From the NCBI GenBank assembly GCA_963816145.1, contig CAWFJP010000030.1, positions 384,001 to 448,000 of the forward strand: a stretch of DNA of 64,000 bases. The letters run 5' to 3'. Each line of letters starts with the position of its first letter. Position 1 is the stretch's first letter. Under the pieces are notes generated by a model. The model was not told the origin of the DNA. It made no database searches and was given only the letters and a program-made list of their open reading frames with translations. Positions 62,046 to 64,000 of this stretch are shown here, one piece after another. The stretch comes from an uncultured delta proteobacterium. Its GTDB lineage: Bacteria > Desulfobacterota > Binatia > UBA9968. A program made the translations under genes and the position numbers.

Positions 62046-63017
62046 ATGCAGCTGTCATCGCGTGTCTGCCTGCTGCTATGTATTCTTTCCGTCACGGCGC
62101 GGCATTCCCTCGCCGCAGAGGAAATCAAAATCGCCTCCACCGGTGCCGGACTTAGCACATTGCCGCTGGAGGTCGCCGCGCGCAAAGGCTTTTTTCGCGA
62201 CGAAGGCTTTGACGTATTGACGATAACGATGCGCACTAACATCGCGGTCAATGCGCTCCTCACTCGAAGTGTCGAATTTGCCACTCCCAGCACGTCCGCG
62301 ATAAAAGCCGCCAGCGCCGGCTTACCGGTGAAACTGGTTGCCGTCTTGCTTGGCCGTCCCGACTACTTTCTCACCGTCAAGAAAGATGTAAAAACCGTAC
62401 GCGATCTCAAGGGCAAACGCATCGCCATCGGCAGCTACGGCGCCGCCGCCGACTTGGCCCTGCGCGCAGTCGCCAAGCAAGACGGCTTGGACCCCGACCG
62501 CGAGCTCATTCGATTGCAAATGGGCGGCGCCGCAGCGCGCTACGCTGCGCTCGTTTCCGGCAGCGTCGACGCAACTATCTTGACTCTGCCTTACAACCTG
62601 CAAGCGGAAAAAGCCGGCTACAAAGACCTCCTCTGGTTCGGCGAACGCTTAGAGCTCCCGCTCTCTGGCCTCGCCGTCCGGGACGAGACAATTCAGAAAA
62701 ATCCCAAACAAGTCTACGGCATGATTAGAGCCGTCTTCCGCGCCATGGCGTTCGCCGGCGCCAACCGCGAGGAAACCATCCAGATACTAATCAACTGGTT
62801 GAAGCTCGATCGTGAGGTTGCTGCAAGGAGCTATGAATTAGGGAAGCGAAGTTGGTCCGACGGTGGTATCGTCTCCGACGCCGCGGTCCAGACGCTGATC
62901 GATCAGTCGATGCTCGAACTAAAAAGCAAAGATCCCGTCACCCTGGACAACGTGCGCAACTGGAGCTTTGCCGAGCGGGCGCGGCGGGAGTTGGATAAAG
63001 CCATCCCCGCACGATAG
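62046..63017 (+). CDS. NitT/TauT-type ABC transporter substrate-binding protein
   Basis: Signal peptide; KGFFRDEG, DLKGKRIAI, ALVSGSVDA. Confidence 0.85.
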   Translation: MQLSSRVCLLLCILSVTARHSLAAEEIKIASTGAGLSTLPLEVAARKGFFRDEGFDVLTITMRTNIAVNALLTRSVEFATPSTSAIKAASAGLPVKLVAVLLGRPDYFLTVKKDVKTVRDLKGKRIAIGSYGAAADLALRAVAKQDGLDPDRELIRLQMGGAAARYAALVSGSVDATILTLPYNLQAEKAGYKDLLWFGERLELPLSGLAVRDETIQKNPKQVYGMIRAVFRAMAFAGANREETIQILINWLKLDREVAARSYELGKRSWSDGGIVSDAAVQTLIDQSMLELKSKDPVTLDNVRNWSFAERARRELDKAIPAR

Positions 63018-63050
63018 TTTAATGGCCCAAGCTCATCTCGGGAATTACCA

Positions 63051-63767
63051 ATGGCCGCTCTCAGCAAAACCAAAATCGACCGTCTCGGGGATCGCCTGAA
63101 ACGGGGGTCCCCGAGCGATGATGACCTCAGGTTACTCGATGAGCACCGAAGGTCGTTTAGCCCCGCCTATGACTCTGTCATTGGAACAATCCGAGAAAAA
63201 TTGCATCTAGATCCCACCGGTAGACCAGCTAAATCGACCAGCTCAATTGCCGAGAAGCTTCGCCGCGAAAGCATACGGCTAAGCCAAGTCCAAGATATCG
63301 CAGGTTGTCGTGTTATAGTCACGGACATAATTGCTCAGGACAATACAATCGCCACGCTGCGTGAAACATTCTCTGACATCAGAGTGATGGATCGCCGATT
63401 GAACCCCAGCCACGGCTACAGGGCCGTGCATGTAATTGTGACGACCGAAGGTGGAAGCGTAGAGATCCAAATCAGAACATCCTTACAGCATTTCTGGGCA
63501 GAGCTTTCAGAGCGCCTTGCCGACGTGGTAGACTCAAGCATCAAGTACGGTGGTGGCGACACGGATATTCGAGAACCTTTGTCAGCAGCGTCTGAATCAA
63601 TTGTCATACTAGAAGACTTGGAAAGGAAGTATGGTGTGGGCTCTGCAAGGTCTGGTGCACAAAGCGCTACGTGGCTAGCGCTTCACCAGCTTGTAATGAG
63701 CTTGAAAACTCTGCTGACCGCAAACTTTCGTGATGTGCTTTCCAAATTCGAAAAATCTCAAGGGTAG
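63051..63767 (+). CDS. RelA/SpoT synthetase-domain small protein (CapRel-like toxSAS candidate)
   Basis: LSKTKIDRLG N-terminus; RPAKSTSSIAEKL, QDIAGCR, GYRAVH, EIQIRTSLQHFWAE. Confidence 0.85.
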   Translation: MAALSKTKIDRLGDRLKRGSPSDDDLRLLDEHRRSFSPAYDSVIGTIREKLHLDPTGRPAKSTSSIAEKLRRESIRLSQVQDIAGCRVIVTDIIAQDNTIATLRETFSDIRVMDRRLNPSHGYRAVHVIVTTEGGSVEIQIRTSLQHFWAELSERLADVVDSSIKYGGGDTDIREPLSAASESIVILEDLERKYGVGSARSGAQSATWLALHQLVMSLKTLLTANFRDVLSKFEKSQG

Positions 63768-63772
63768 TCGAA

Positions 63773-64000
63773 ATGCTATTCCTAATCGAGTATAAACGCT
63801 CCGAAGGTCGAATCGTAACTTTCAAGACATTTGACGATTCCGAGCGATCCAAAGCGGAACGATCGCGTCTGCAAATCGAATTAGAGTTAAACCAACGGCA
63901 AATCGATCATGAAGTTGTTTTGTTAGACGCGGCGGACGAACAGGCGCTACGTCGCACCCATCGTCGTTACTTTGAAGACGCTGCACAAATCGCGAACTCC
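63773..64000 (+). CDS. Small protein, putative cognate antitoxin (runs off window)
   Basis: Manual translation MLFLIEYKRSEGRIVTFKTF...LELNQRQIDHEVVLLDAADEQALRRTHRRYFED; ATG 5 nt after the SAS stop. Confidence 0.7.
   Translation, partial: MLFLIEYKRSEGRIVTFKTFDDSERSKAERSRLQIELELNQRQIDHEVVLLDAADEQALRRTHRRYFEDAAQIANS

Overview
This is a GC-rich bacterial chromosomal window. The abundance of orphan TctC/ABC solute-binding proteins, ornithine-cyclodeaminase, VOC, amidohydrolase and cupin paralogues, plus short intergenic repeats, tentatively suggests a Ca. Binatia/Deltaproteobacteria-like genome (inference only). Housekeeping genes are trxB, moaC, rlmI, radC, serA, purA, ggt and an addAB-like pair, interspersed with catabolic clusters. 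Most notable: (1) a clear ZMP/ZTP (pfl) riboswitch with overlapping terminator in front of a class-V aminotransferase-serA-purA run; (2) a bicupin plus EutA-like ATPase operon with no eutBC or B12 genes in the window; (3) an ArsR-headed Ehr (hydrogenase-related, no NiFe ligands) operon with a perfect operator palindrome, an inserted pseudo-receiver and pentapeptide gene, and a SulP STAS remnant; (4) a split CapRel-like toxSAS toxin/antitoxin pair at the right edge; (5) a GAF histidine kinase lacking its phospho-His; (6) a GcvT-like gene with two phytoene-desaturase-like genes, and a degenerate/intact FAH pair; (7) a nested MITE/REP structure and dispersed 7-/9-mer repeat hairpins. Several frameshifts (addA-like, isochorismatase, hyfB/ehrS) look like assembly indel errors. 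No rRNA, tRNA or CRISPR array was seen.
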